Below are positions 63,261 through 64,000 of a stretch of DNA of 64,000 nucleotides, one piece after another. Source of the stretch: Lytechinus pictus (lineage: Eukaryota). The DNA lies in contig NC_087263.1 in assembly GCF_037042905.1 (NCBI RefSeq), forward strand, positions 10,046,001 to 10,110,000, read 5' to 3'. The position numbers and the translations under genes are program-made. How positions within the stretch are numbered: the stretch's first letter is position 1; each line of letters begins with the position of its first letter. A model generated the notes under the pieces. It was not told where the DNA came from. It saw nothing but the letters and a program-made list of their open reading frames with translations, and searched no databases.

Positions 63261-64000
63261 AAAAGAGGGGTAGCATGACTCCATTTTGTTACATGTTTGC
63301 TGATTTGTGATTCCAACTTCCAGTGAACTTGGATTAAGTAACTTACTAGATCCAGATTTACAATATTGTAACAATAAACTTTCGTTTTAAAGATTTTCTC
63401 ATTGCTTGTATTGCTTGCTGCACCTCAAATTTTCACTTAAGGTTTCTGAGTGCTCAACCCTAATTAACATGGTAAGGTAACAAAACATGTTATTAACAAA
63501 CTACAATTATCATGGGGGTTATAAACCCAAAATATAAAATTAAACATTGGGTGATATTCAATATATACATGAAATCAGTCAAAGCTAAACACTAATTATG
63601 AATATGAAAATATATGGAAAGAATATAAAGTAGAATTACAATAAAGGCAAAAGTAAAACCATGTGTAACAGTAAAATAAAGTTTAAAGATATTTCATAAT
63701 AAAAAAGAGATTTTCATCGCAATTTTTGAAACATGGAATGGCAAACCTGAGATGACATCTTAATGAAGAGTTAAATTGAGGAGTGGAGTGTTTCATGAAA
63801 TTAATAGTCGGTGAATTGCACTGACTATTGTTATAAGTTACCGAAATACAACATGTATTTGATTGGCTCAATGCAACAACGCCTGTGAAAAATTGCCATT
63901 TTCCCCATAAAACACTCTCCTGGGCTGTAAGTGACTACAAATAAAATAAAACCAGCTAAAACAAGCTTAAATTGCAAAAGCTCCTACACAAGCTCTCACT

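Noticed and set aside
62580..64000. RAG2-like partner gene convergent with the Transib transposase (ProtoRAG arrangement)
   Set aside because: The only minus-strand coding remnant resembles a LINE ORF2 C-terminus; no kelch or PHD-like sequence seen within the window.

Overview
AT-rich eukaryotic genomic DNA; the repeat style suggests a sea urchin or other echinoderm (inference only). One complete protein-coding gene is well supported: a 14-coding-exon, + strand SLC5 sodium/solute symporter closest to the sodium/myo-inositol cotransporters (32407-48416, ~702 aa, all introns GT-AG with consistent phases). Near the right end is a decayed Transib (RAG1-related DDE) transposase (~60980-62580), followed by an L2/CR1-type LINE 3' fragment. 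The remainder is dense, often nested non-autonomous DNA transposons/MITEs (8-bp, TTAA and TA target duplications), tRNA-derived SINEs, micro- and minisatellites, a large interrupted inverted duplication and a triplicated segment. The most unusual signal is a set of candidate minus-strand exons (12234-12386, 10881-10946, 972-1037/1072) whose shared frame is interrupted only by TGA. Two of them are paralogues that keep TGA at the same codon and differ mainly at third codon positions. This fits a selenocysteine/readthrough gene running off the left edge, or a pseudogene/lncRNA.
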